From Girardia tigrina (Eukaryota): a DNA stretch of 50,662 nt. The stretch covers positions 8,755 to 59,416 of the forward strand of contig MQRK01220489.1 of assembly GCA_001938485.1 (NCBI GenBank). The letters are read 5' to 3'. Below, one piece after another: positions 1 to 12,500 of the stretch; the stretch's first letter is position 1; the number at the start of each line of letters is the position of its first letter. The notes beneath the pieces are model-generated. The model did no database searches. It was not told where the DNA came from and saw only the letters and a program-made list of their open reading frames with translations. The position numbers and the translations under genes are program-made.

Positions 1-300
1 CCCTTACGACAGGAGACGAAACCCAATTTAAAAATGTTATTATTTATAAGTCTTAAGTCGGGTTATCAAATTAGATTCATAAATCAAAAATTTGATAACC
101 CGATTTAAGACTTATAAATAATAACATTTTTAAATTGGGTTTCGTCTCCTGTCGTAAGGGTTTAGGGATATATAGGGATATATATATATATTAGGGATAT
201 ATATATCCCTAAACCCTTACGACAGGAGACGAAACCCAATTTTAAAATGTTATTATTTATAAGTCTTAAGTCGGGTTATCAAATTAGATTCATAAATCAT
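1..300. repeat. Three ~75-85-bp copies of an LTR segment in forward/reverse/forward arrangement (foldback) around a (TA)-rich spacer
   Basis: 1-86 matches 214-298; 89-160 is their reverse complement; centre reads tttagggatatat...atatatccctaaa. Confidence 0.9.
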
Positions 301-1140
301 ACAACATTCTTTATATATGGGGATTAGCAATGATGTAATGATTCAAGATTCGAGATTATTATGTCATATGTCAACCAAACTCACAAAAACTCATAACACA
401 CTAAACATCATATTTTAAATTGTTGATTACGTATCTATACCTCACATCTCCCTCGTCCAATATGGCGTAAGCCATTCCACGTTTCTGATAATTTTTGATC
501 CGCTATATTTTTTTAATATATAGCTCCTATCATGAAGTTTAGTTATTATTGTATAAGCACCGTCGTGACGCTTTTCCTGTTTTTTTCCTATTATCATTTT
601 TCACATTAACTAAATCTCCAACATTAAATTGTCTATCCGTTTTCACATTCTGATTGTTTTCCTGTTTTCTTTTAACTGATTCGATATATTTGCTTTTCCC
701 CCTCATTATTACATCATCTTGCTTAAAACCCTCAAACCGATCGATATTTATTCGTTTCCCAAAAATAGTCTCCGAGGGGCTTAACATCAATGTTTTTTGA
801 ACTGTTGCGTTCATTGTAAATTCAATGTAGGGTAAACACTCTTCCCAGTCTCTAAATAACTTATCTTCTACCCAGCAAAATATCCAGTCTCGAATTGTTC
901 GGAATTGTCTTTCTACTTGTCCGTTGGCTTGATGGTGGTATGGACTCGAGTATTGTATGATGAAATTATATTTATTTCCTAAATTCGTAAACATTGATGA
1001 CAAAAATGATTTACCATTATGAACGTGCACAATTTTTGGACTGCCAAACTTCAATATCAAATGTTCTGTCAATATTTTAACTAATTTTTTCTCGTCCTGG
1101 TTATTAACCGCTTTTAATACCACATATTTACTCAATTGAT
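200..1140 (-). mobile_element. Ty3/Gypsy retrotransposon 3' part: frameshifted integrase, PPT and start of 3' LTR
   Basis: ORF 539-1135 has rve motifs (FGSPKIVHVHNGKSF, SSPYHHQANGQVER). The C-terminus continues in another frame (LHDRSYIL...IRNVEWL). Purine tract GGACGAGGGAGA (458-447) directly precedes TGTGAGG at 446. Confidence 0.88.
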
Positions 1141-1546
1141 TGATGTGAGTGAGATTTTCTGTAGATGTCTTTTCATTTGTAATTTCATGGCAGAACGATT
1201 TGGGACGATTCAGAGAATCATGTGGTCATGATTCATGCTGAATCCTCATGACAATTTTTAGACTCTGTTCCTTTAGGTCTGATGGTTATAAACTTTTGCA
1301 ATAATTAGTAATGATTTTATTGTTTCAGACATTTTAAAGGGGGTTTGGGCGTAACAGGGACTCTCAAGACTAGCACTGGGTTCTGATTCGGATCTACAAT
1401 GGCTTCCGCTTCTGCTGGAATGCCGAATCATCGCAGTGCACCGAAAGGCCATATCTGGGGAGCATTCGGCGATTTAACGGGGAAGAATTCCTTGTTGAAT
1501 ATTTTTTATTTTCTCAATAAATATTTGTAATTTGTTGGTCATTCTG

Positions 1547-1790
1547 TTATTGTGTTAGTATGCTTGGGGTATGATTGAATTGTTCTGAGTGGGATAAAAA
1601 TATACCTTTACATCTTTTAATATGGCTCAATATCGAACTATTTCTACTCGATTGACTATGTTCAGCAATTCTAGTGCGGAGATGACGACTTGTCTCTCCA
1701 ATGTACAAGGCTTCGCACTTGTCACAAGTGCGCACTTGTCACACAATAAAGTATTTTTTCAAGTTCAGCGTCTCGAATGTATATATGAAA
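1547..1790 (-). mobile_element. Penelope-like element GIY-YIG endonuclease fragment
   Basis: CDKCEALYIGETSRHLRTRIAEH matches the PLE Uri/GIY-YIG pattern CxxC-x-YIGET-x-R-x-L-x-R-xx-EH. Confidence 0.8.
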
Positions 1791-1879
1791 TTCTTAGATA
1801 CACTTTTTAAACATATTATACGTCAGTTAATAAGTGTAGGGGTGATAAATGACCCCATTTGGGCATCCTAGGGTTAAGC

Positions 1880-2463
1880 ATATTGGAATTTCTTATCATA
1901 AAATTCAACATAAAATTCAAGAAATCAACACTCCATGCGTGTTGGAAAGCAGTATGGTCTGATGTTGTTGATGATGATATATCTCACAGTATATTTGGGT
2001 CAAAAATATTCAGACATAATTCAGCTGGCTCATACGATAGGTGGAGAAAGTATTGAAAATTTATCGGAGAAACACAACAAAGGGGTAATGGAAGACCAAG
2101 AGTTAAATGAGGATGAAATAATTGAAATTGTCATTTAAGTAAACGAAAGTGAGAATGATGTTGAAAATTATGTTGATGATGATCCAGATCCATTCATAGC
2201 GCAAATAGTTCGCAAGGGACTACCAATAAATCTATTTTGATTTAGATTTTTTTTGTTTGAAAATTAATTGAATTATTGTTTTTATTTTGTTATTAGACTG
2301 CTATTTTAGACTATTTTACAAATCTTTTTCTCAATAAATAATTAAAAATAGTCAAATCTGTGATTATTTTCGTTTAACACAATTTTTAAAAAATAAAATT
2401 TATTTTTTCTCTTATCAAGGTTTTGTCAGGAACCTATCTTCCATGTATAACGAGGGATAGCTG
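1880..2463 (+). mobile_element. Tigger/pogo transposon 3' remnant with terminal inverted repeat
   Basis: TLHACWKAVW and IIQLAHTIGGE resemble Tigger C-termini; ends caggaacc...taacgagggatagctg followed by TA. Confidence 0.7.
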
Positions 2464-3289
2464 TACTAATAATCATAATACTACTACCACTATTAATAAA
2501 TAATAATACTCATTTTATTATAAATGTATGCTTAATTTTTGTTAAAAACGTTTCAATTGTAGTATTATGATATGAACCGCCTTTTAAAATTTTACTTTCT
2601 TATTTCAAATTCTACTTGTCAGATTTGAAGTAGAAACCAAAAAATAAAAAAAATGTCTGCAGTGACCACCCAAAATCAATTTATTTAAATATTTATAAAA
2701 ATATTCTGTACATGATAAAAACCCTATATATTTATTTATAATTAATCATTTTAGATAGAAATTCAAATTTCAGAATTAATTGTCGGCAACATTCAAATAT
2801 CACAACCATAAAATTCAATATAATTGACACCAGAAAAAAACTATTTGTTTGAATACTCACCCAAAATAAATTATTTGCGTAATTTTCGATGAATAAAATT
2901 TTTCATATTGTTTTTTGATTTTTATTGAAAATTCGATTCTTTATCGACGTTCTCAAATCACTCGATATTATCGAAAAATATGCGGAAATAATGAAAAATA
3001 GAAGTTATTTCAACATAGATAATCCGTCAAGGCGACAAGCGACCGATTTGCCGAGAATATCACGATCGAGCTGCGAACTCCGGCGACAGAACGCGATCAA
3101 TTCCAACGTCGGTGCCAAGATTACTTGCGGGTGTGATGGCGGCCCCTTCAGCGTTTTTTACACGCCATCAAAACACGATAAGATTTTTAAGTCGGCGATC
3201 GGTGCTCCCTTTGATGCATTCCAGTATCCGGCCACTCGGGAAGGGACACGAGACGATCAGGTCCCATTACCGATTTCTTCTGAAAACAA

Positions 3290-4461
3290 ATGTCATGTTA
3301 TTTCGACTCCTGCATTAATAAATTTTTCGAGTTCTACTGTTTGCAAAAGAGTTAATATGTCTTGGACTACTTCTTGTTCCACATCAAACCACTCTCCAAG
3401 ATAATTCTGTGCTGATTATACAATTTCGAGGCGCACCGTATCCAGATTTCTTGTAGTTGGCATATTCGTGTCAACAGCTCTTAAAATGAGTCTGTTTCCT
3501 GTGGCTGTAGTTTCTCTTCCTTTCCACCAGGATAGGGAGGCCTGGATATAAGGTCTAATTTACGAAGTACCAAAGCTCTATTGCTTATTATCTCTGGTAG
3601 AATCAGATCGTCACTCTGTAGCTGCTTTTGCAAATCAAGAAATATTTTCAAAACATCAACTGTAAGACCGTTAAGTCAAACTTGATGAGATTCATATGAC
3701 CATGTCTTTAAATATCCCCGTACTGTTGCTCTCTCTTTATTTCATTTCACCTTTCACTTCTAAAAACTTAAAAACTTCCTTGCAGCCGTAGAAATTAGAA
3801 GAATAACCGTTAAAAGGTTGACTAATTGCTCCGCAAATCAAACTTCGTAATGAGCAGGGAAATGATTCACATTTGGTTGAAATTGATGCAGGAGTTTCGT
3901 TGTATTTTTTGACGTCCTGAAGAAGATAGCTAGATGTAGCTCAAAAACGCCTTCTTTAATGCTTTTCAAAGCGAGGTCACTTCTGTGAATAGAATATCAG
4001 AACGTCAATAGATCACGATGCAACCAGTTCTTCATAAGTTTCCAAAGCCACCTTATTAATCCTGTATAAGCTCTTTCGCCATCTGTTGTAACACCAATCA
4101 GCTTGGAAGTTGGTGCGACCACGGTCTTAAGGGCCTGCTGAGTGGCTTACAGTAGTCAAAGGGCTCCAATATGTTGAGGTTAGTTGAAGGCTTTGAAGAC
4201 GTTCTTTACTTCACACTCCTTTGTTACTATTCTCGCAGAGACTTACTTGTAATCCCCCATTTGTCGATTGACGTTGCTATCAACTCGTACTACGTAAGCA
4301 AAACAATCATGTAGCTTACGAGTGAGTTCTTTTTGAACTTCTCCAGCAACTATGAGCAGCATTTCTCTATAGTAGTTTTGATCTTTGTAATGTAATGTCA
4401 ATGATGGAGATTGAAATTCCTCCCATGGAGAATTCATTTCTGTTGAATACGCAAACCCCAC
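3290..4461 (-). pseudogene. Decayed hAT-superfamily transposase, central/C-terminal part
   Basis: Minus-strand translation across stops: LHYKDQNYYREML, VRVDSNVNRQ, LIGVTTDGE, IHRSDLALKS (CxxH region), FPAHYEV*FAEQL, LQKQLQSDDLILPEI. Confidence 0.75.
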
Positions 4462-5611
4462 AACATTTAAAAAATTATTTAAAATTCAAGAACTAAATGA
4501 ACAAATTAAAAAAAATTTAAAACTACATTAACAATTAATAAAATAAAAATTAATACAACGCACAAATTCAAGTTACAAAACCAATATGTTTAGTGGTGGA
4601 ATATGGAGGATCAATTTGATACTGCATCGTTTATAAATAAACGTTTGTTGGGTATTAGAAATCTTTAATATAATTATTTACTTTTTAAACACAAATCTTA
4701 AATCTTTAATCTGACTCCAATTAATCAGAAAGGACTTCCAACATAAATATATATACAATGAACACAAATTTTTTTATGAAACTTTATTTCAAATAACAAA
4801 TATTAACAAGTCAAAGATAATAATAATAATTCAATTCTTGATGACAGAACACAAACACAAATCAATATTTCGTACGAGTTAACTGATTATAGTAAAAACT
4901 GTGAATCTCCAAAACGAACAAATGTTTAAATTTAAATTAAACCTTTTTCTCCCATACGGGATACATATGGTTTAAAAAAAAAGAGAAAAATATTTTAAAA
5001 AGAATAATAAATAATAAAAATAATTCTATATAACGAGTTTACTTGCTTCCTTTTGTTTTGATGATAGATTTTTTTTGGGCAAACTAAACTAAATTTGCTG
5101 CTGTTTATATAGTAGTTTTCATCAGCCTTGAAAATTTATAAATTAAAACAAAGAATAAAATATTTATAATTTTTAATTCCAAGTTTTGTTAAACTAAATA
5201 TTATTTTATTTGAAATTAATAATTTTACCAAAAAAATTATTTAAAATTTTTTTCTATATAAAATTTTATCAAAAGTGTTCATATGTATTTTTCGAAACCC
5301 TAACACGTTTATCGAAAATTCTCGTTCTTCTTAAATGCCTTTTACAAAAGACTGTCAAGACGGAGCAATCGAATAAATAGACTGTTACGTTGATTAAAAT
5401 TACATCTTGGACGAATCAGGTTGAACATAAACTTTTATCGTGTAAGTGGTTTTACGATTTAGGTGCCGGTCATCCGGTCTCTAACGAACGCATCGAACTC
5501 GATCAAGTCAACAGTATTGCAGACGCGGTTACACACAACAACTCGTCCCGCAATAACTTCATTTTCGCGAAGACTGTTACTGATTTTGGACCTGTATACT
5601 TGAGTTAAATA

Positions 5612-6279
5612 CCTTGAGGGTAAGCTGTTGGCAGAAGGAGTACTTATCAGACTGTCATTATAAACATCGACGATGAGTGAGGTAAGAAACCCCACAACTT
5701 CCGTACTGTACTTTTGCTAACATTTCAGCCAATGGTCGCACTGCTGGTTTATGGAAGATTGAGTAAAGGTGATCTATAACAGCCTTCCATTTTACAATGG
5801 TATCTGCACGGCAGCCATAAGCTAAGTAAACAATACAATTGTGAGCAAACTTGCAAGCTACATTCACAAACTTTTCACATGCTCAACATTTCATATATCG
5901 TGTTTTACGCTTCCCTTCAGCAGGTGCAAACATAAATGCTTCTAAGTAGTCTCTACTGATTTCTACTTACCATTTAACATCCACTTTTCTGTGCTTGTAT
6001 CATTCCATAGTATTGTGAGAAGTGCTGACAGTGGATTCTTCTGATGCGAATGGGGCCTTTATGTGTATTTTTGGTTCAGTCTTTTACTAGAACAGCTAAG
6101 TTTAAATCTTCTGTTGTTGCAAAAGCATCAGATTATGATCACAAAAATAGAAAGGTCGTTTTAAAAATCGATTTTAAAAAAATTGCCCCCAAGTCTATCA
6201 TTTTGGCCTTGGACGGGGGCATTTTTGGTCACTGTGGGTGGGCGATTGCCCCCCAGTCAATATGTTAAAAAGGGCCCTG
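5612..6279 (-). mobile_element. 5' part of the same hAT element with CAGGG terminal repeat
   Basis: Minus strand begins CAGGGCCCTTTTTAAC at 6279 with GC-rich subterminal motifs, then a C/H-containing N-terminal region and VDVYNDS...SANSLPSR. Confidence 0.6.
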
Positions 6280-6729
6280 AGAAGATATGAATGATGTATT
6301 CGATGACCTATTGATAAGAGGTGTGTAAATAAAATGGAATTCTAATAACAGGCTTTTAATAAAAAAAAGAATTTAAGAATTGATAAAAATAAGAATTAAA
6401 AAATAAGAAAAATAATAGTCTTTTGATAACAATTCGGGATTAAAGAATGGATAAAATTTAAGAATTAAAGAACTAATGAATTAAAAGGTTTTACATTTAA
6501 AATCACAAGTATAAATATGCTAGAGGAGTTAGAAGGGATAATCGTCAGTAAAAGAGTCAAGGATCAATAGTGATATAAAATAGAATAAGAGATCAAGTCA
6601 TGGTTCATACAGAGTAAAAAGGAAGGAGAGGTAAAATGAATTCTAGTAGGTATTAAATCACCAATGAACTGAATAATTAGTTAAAACCTTAAAGTAATGC
6701 TCGTGAACATAAATGGGATAACGAGTTGA

Positions 6730-7341
6730 AGAACCTTTTGGAGGCGACGCAGGTCATTCTGTAGAATGCATGGGGGCATGCGGTTCGATCGTCGTCTATT
6801 TCCCCAAGGCTATCTTCGCTCAGCGTATTTAATAACTATAAAATAAATTGGATAATATTCAGATACATCAACCCCTTCGGACACTGAAGGTACCGGTCGG
6901 GCAATACTTGTCACCAATTCGGACCCGTAGGCGCTTTGAAGCGTATAAAACTTGTTGATATACGTGGAAGAGACGCATCAGTTTCCCCTGAGTATAAAGA
7001 GCGCAGTAACAAAATAAAGGTATCAATATGAGTTGTCGTTCATTTCAGAAAACGACTGGGGGGGAACGTGACAGTAGATAGCGGTAGTTAAACAAACGAA
7101 AAATTACTGTTATAAAATCTCTAAACGATATTAGATTAATAATGATTCGGTAATGAATGTTTGACTAAGGATCTTTATGGACGTTGTATGTTCTAACTTT
7201 GTTTTCTTGATTTAGGAGAAAGCAGCTAGGGAATTTCTGTTGAAAGAAAATGTGGGACGTTTTTTTCTTTTGAGGAGAATTTATTTGATTCTGTTTCTTT
7301 CCGTCATCGACAATTCTCTTTTAACGATTAACATAACAACA
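6730..7341 (+). mobile_element. Probable Gypsy 3' end (pol tail, PPT, LTR)
   Basis: VVHFRKRLGG runs into purine tract GGGGGGGAA (7058-7066), then an LTR-like segment ending ..AACA. Boundaries are uncertain. Confidence 0.35.
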
Positions 7342-7677
7342 TTGACTGATTTTTATTCTTATGTCTTCATGCCAATATCAATTTTCTTTATTTTCTAATT
7401 AATAAATCCATATTTTATAATAACTATAATTTTAATAATTAAAAATTTCTGACTTCATCTTCTTTCCTCCTTTTATCTTGTTCTTTTTACTTCTTTTAAT
7501 TCTTTTGACTTAGATAAATAAAATTAAAAAATGAGTATAAAAATTAGTACATTCACTGAACATTTACGTTGAACAACACCAAAATAAGGTAAATAAAAAA
7601 TATGTATCCTTGAGAGAAAACAAAAATATAAAGGTGAATGATAAAAAAAGTAAAGGGCAAAGATGAATCTAGATGAA

Positions 7678-8122
7678 TATGGGGGTTTTTTGTAGTGTTT
7701 GCATGTTTAAATGTTGTGTGTTGATTTGGGATTGTGCCTCTCCTAATCAGATGGATTATCAATATTTAATTTCTTATAATCTGAAACTAATTTATTTAAA
7801 TTTAGATTAAATATTCAAATTTTTAATTTTATTATTGCAACTTTTAAATAATTTTATCGATTTTATTTTTGTAAATTTTTAATTAATTAAAATCAAATTA
7901 GTGTTTAAAAATGACTATAAAAATATTTTATTTTAGCCAATAAAATTTAAATTAAATATTTTTAAATAAAATAATTTTCTCAAGTATAGTTCAGATTATA
8001 ATGAGAGATATTGAAAAATTGATTGATGGAATCTAGTGAAAGCCTTACTGTTGATCATCATAAAGATGATAAGAATTGTGAATGTAATAAATGTTCTGTC
8101 AAATGTGTGAGTTCTCTTAACA
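7678..8122 (+). mobile_element. Solo LTR, family Y
   Basis: Motif ctctcctaatcagatgg (7738-7754), AATAAA near the end, terminus cttaaca. Left boundary approximate. Confidence 0.6.
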
Positions 8123-8422
8123 ACACGTCACTTATCCATTTGAAACCCGCCCGATGTCTGTGAGCGCTTGCTCACACAGAGGGATATAGGGAAAGGAGAA
8201 ATTATCACTTTAATTTTAAATTATAAAATGTTTTAACCCCCTCATATTTTCTTGTTAAATGATGATAATTTCAGATCTCACAGCGATAGTAATAATAAGA
8301 CAATAATTGAAAGAAGTAAGCAACATATATTCAAGAGAAATAAACAATCATTATCACAGAATTCCTTCAAATAAGCTTCACTCCACAGCAATTGAAAGCA
8401 CAACCACATAAACCACAATGGT

Positions 8423-8512
8423 TTACAAATTTCCATTTTCCATTGCATTCTCCAGATGAATAAGTGAACCTTCTTCGCATTTACTGATTTTGTGATAGGC
8501 ATTCTTCAAGTC
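8423..8512 (-). CDS. UAP1: UAP1 exon 8 (terminal; DLKNAYHK...LIHLENAMENGNL*)
   Basis: Follows a 51-nt GT..AG intron; 90 nt ending in TAA; tail length fits animal UAP1 proteins. Confidence 0.78.
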   Translation of the reverse strand, partial: DLKNAYHKISKCEEGSLIHLENAMENGNL

Positions 8513-8936
8513 CTTTGCACGAGTACCGAATTAAAAATGAATGAAAACACCAATGAGATTTACTTCTCCGCTGTAAGACACGAGGGGCGATATTTCTATT
8601 GTCATCGTTTTCACTTTACATTTCAGACTCGGATCCTTAATGTTTTCGAGAATCAACTGCCGATGATATGCCAGCAGATCGTTGCGAGACGTCTCTGGAC
8701 AGTCTGATTTGCTCCCAGGAGAATTTTTCAATGGAGAAAATTCACGTTTTCTGTCGACTTCCCAAATGGCAAATGTGCTATGGTAGTTAAATAATATTTT
8801 ATTGCGTTATACAAGAAACAATAACTCTAATTATATTATTGCGATGATTGATTTAGAATCTATTTTCGTAAAGTTTAAACATTGTCTTTGTTCCAGTTCA
8901 TGTTCTTCCATTCTTTTTATTAACTTACTTTCTCTT

Positions 8937-8967
<31 letters not shown>

Positions 8968-9402
8968 GTTTGGAGGAGAGTGACAGAAATACTAGGTAAA
9001 AGACCGGAATCAATAGAAGAGATCATCAAGAGAAGGAAGCTGAAATTCTACGGTCATCAAATAAGAAAACAAGCACTAGCAAAGGTTATGATTGAGGGAA
9101 GAGTGGAAGGAGAAAGACCAAGAGGAAGACCACAGAGGCAATGGAAGATGATTTAAAAGAAAGGACTGGACTGAGTATGGAATGTCTGAGAAAAGAAGCT
9201 ACAAATAGAGAGATGTGGCGAAGGCTTGTTTATAATTGGGTGCACCCACGGCCCAACGGCTAAGGTCAAAAAGAAAGATATAAAAAATAAGCTAATAAAA
9301 AGAATGGAAAAATAAAAAATTTTATTACAAATGTACATATAATAATGTGAAAGTCTATTAAACGTTAATGTTTATTCCATTCTTTTTATTTTTAAAAATA
9401 CA

Positions 9403-9433
<31 letters not shown>

Positions 9434-9523
9434 GTATATNNNNNNNNNNNNNNNNNNNNNNNNNNNNNNNNNNNNNNNNNNNNNNNNNNNNNNNNNNNNN
9501 NNNNNNNNNNNNNNNNNNNNNNN

Positions 9524-9559
<36 letters not shown>

Positions 9560-12500
9560 TTAGGCTGTCCAAAAGTCCTCAGGTGGCCTTTAAAAACACA
9601 TTAATACTTTACCAAATTTAACCAAATTTGGACTGAATATTATTCAGACTGTCATAAATACTGTGTTAAAATTTCAAAGCATAAAATTAAAAAAAAGTAA
9701 AATTTTGTTCTATTAAAGTATTTTAAAAAGTGTAATTTTAAAAGTGCAGCGAATTCAAATCAAGCGGTTTTTAACAATGGAACCAAATAAATGTTGCCAA
9801 CGTTTTTTGTTCTAACTCAAAGTAAAAGAGGATTCTGTGCTTCAGAAATTCTTCAGCAACTTCAGCAGACATGGGAAGTCGCAAATCACCCAGCACTGAA
9901 AACTATTCAACAATGGTTGACTGATTTTAAAAAAAGAAAAGCGGACGTCCTTCGACGATTCATCAAGAAGTGGCAGGCCGTCATTAATAGACGATGAAAA
10001 GATTAAAGCAGTCAAAGAAGTGATTGATCAAGCTCCAAATGCGTCTTTGCGTTATTTTGAAAATGAACTTTCTTTAGGTAAAAATACAGTCCACAAAATT
10101 TTGCGTGAAAAACTTCAATACAAAAAAGTTTATTCTGTTTGGGTCCCTCACGAACTTTCTGCTGCTAATAAACAACAACGCATTAACACTGCAAAGCATA
10201 TACGCCATGTAGTTTCACAGATGGGTGATGAAGAATATTCCAACATAGCGATTAAATATGAGACATGGGTCTTTTTCCAAGGTAGAGGAAAGAAAGAAGA
10301 TCACAAAGTTTGGATTCCTTCTAATTCTGTTCCACCAAAAGTGATAAAGCCATCGCCAATGACTGATAAAAAATCTCATGTTTTCGTAACCTTTACCTGC
10401 AACAAACGTTTTAATGTAAAAGCACTGCCATATGGTACCAAGATTGATTCCGAGGCGTATGTGAACTTTGTTCATGACACCGGTGAAAAATGGCGGAACT
10501 TAGATCTAACAGCATCAAGCTAAAGGAACTTAAGTGGTGGCATGATAATGCAAGATGTCATTCTAGCAAAGAAACAACTCTTTTTTGAAAGAAGAAAAAT
10601 TGACAAAAATTATCAATCCGCCCTATAGTCCAGATTTTAATCTTTGTGACAGATTCTTGTTTTCAAAAATGAAGAAAAGTTTTAAAAATCATGTTTTCAA
10701 ATCACATGAAGAAATTGAAGAAGCTTGTAAATTCTTTTTTAATTCTTTATCAACAGAAACATTAAAAAATCAACTAGATAAACTTTTTAACTATTGTCAG
10801 TTGGTTATTGACAACAATGGTGAATATGTTGTTGCTTAAGAAATTTTAAAATATTTTTTTAAATAAATTTTTAAATTCGCTGCATCTAATTTTTTGTTGG
10901 TTAATAATATTATTTTTTTGATAAGTTTCAAATTTTATGCTTTGAAATTTTAACACAGTATTTGTGACAGTCTGAATAATATTCATTCCAAATTTGGTTA
11001 AATTTGGTAAAATATTAGTGTGTTTTTAAAGGCCACCTGAGGATTTTTGGGACAGCCTAAGTATATATATATATATCCATGGAATTTAGAAACCTATTTT
11101 TGAAGGCCTTCTACTCAATCGATTTTCTTTAAACTTTGTACACTTACTCATTCTCGATGACAATAAATGATTATGTAAAAATTTGAGCGAAAAAAACTTA
11201 AGATTCCAAAATGGGAAAAAACGAAAACTTCGAAGTTCCCGAACAATATTTGTGAGGGATATTTAAAATTGTTTGAACGTGTAAATGTATGGATGTTGTA
11301 TGTTGAATTTAGAATGGTGATTCTCCCACCCAGATGGAAAGTGGTATTTTTTTATTAAATTTAAAGTGATTGACTATTCAAACATAATTAAAATAATCAT
11401 TTAATAAGTTCATATTTTTAATTTCACAATTAAAATTAAGTTTAATAATTTTTAGTAAAATTTAAATTAAATGCATTTTTAATAATTTGATGACATTTTT
11501 ATTATTTTGGGATTTATTTTGAGAAATTGTAAAATTTATTATTTTTTAATTAATATTTTTTAGAGGTTAAATATTTAAAAAAAATAACTTTGAAAAATTG
11601 TTTGAATAATCATGATTAAAAACAGAAATAAGAATACCAATTAGAAGGATGGCTAACGTTGAAAGACTTTCTGAGAGTTGTAATGATTCTAAATGTGATT
11701 GCAATAAAAATTCAAACGAGACTTATCTAAATGTTCTTAATAAAATTAATTGCATGATATCTACTTACAAACTATAAGTAGTTTATATTAATTTTTAGTG
11801 TGTTTTTTTAATTAAAATTTTTTAAATATTAAAATCTTTGTTGGTAAAGTAGAGTTCTGTCTGCATAAAGAATGGGTATAAAAATTTAATTTTTTGATTT
11901 ACTATTTTAAAATATTGCTACCATTTATAATAAATAGAAACAAATTAAAAAAATCAAATAATAATAAAACAATAAAGTTGCTAAAGATGATCAAAGGTTG
12001 TGATAGAAACATGTCCAAAGTTGATTTAAAAAAAAGACTGACAATAAATTAAAATTTTACAATACCGTATTTCTTTTAATAGAGCGACATGTCGATCTAT
12101 TGTTTCAATGGTGGTCATCATGTCGGTCTAATGGAACATGTCGCTCTAATTTTTCAAATTACGGTGTTCGGAATTTAAATTCCAGTTATTAAATTATCAG
12201 GCATCTCCAGTTCATAGTTTTCTTGCTGTCGCTTTTTGGAAATAAAAAGAATAAAGGACACAAGCTTTTTAATGCATTCCTTTGGTGGCTTTTGGCAAAC
12301 AGTTGTGACACGAATCTGTACAATATTTTGTCGCTCCAGGAATTTGTTCAAGCAGCCCTTTGGCAAACTTCCTTTTCTACTTCTCACGAATAGCTGTTCT
12401 ATGGTTATAGATTTCTCTGGCTTTATCCACCAAACGTCTGTGAGAAACCAATACTTTCTTCTTAATATATTTTTCCTCATATCACACAAATAATTCCTCC

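Larger units (their letters stand above)
9375..11910 (+). mobile_element. HINE/DINE-1-like non-autonomous element, family X copy 1 (contains nested mariner and solo LTR)
   Basis: Order is ttccattctttttatt, (TA)n, core atccatggaatttag...cgatgacaataaatg, then gtctgcataaagaatgg. CCATTCTTT/AAAGAATGG form a subterminal inverted pair. Homologous to 33524-34460 and 41700-44168. Confidence 0.65.

Noticed and set aside
160-216. TTTAGGG/CCCTAAA telomere-like words
   Set aside because: Not tandemly arrayed; explained by the LTR foldback.
3100-3170. Minus-strand VKNAEGAAITPA resembling the UAP1 LKNA..DxP motif
   Set aside because: An in-frame stop lies just upstream, and the true exon is at 8564-8777.
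3915-3952. Hammerhead-like string ctgaaga...agctagatgtagct...caaaaac
   Set aside because: It lacks the GAAA core, and the opposite strand reads as in-frame hAT transposase.
8480-8513. Alternative last-exon frame GLEECLSQNQ* that would restore the canonical GEGLE motif
   Set aside because: It needs a non-AG acceptor. The canonical AG gives a tail of the expected length.
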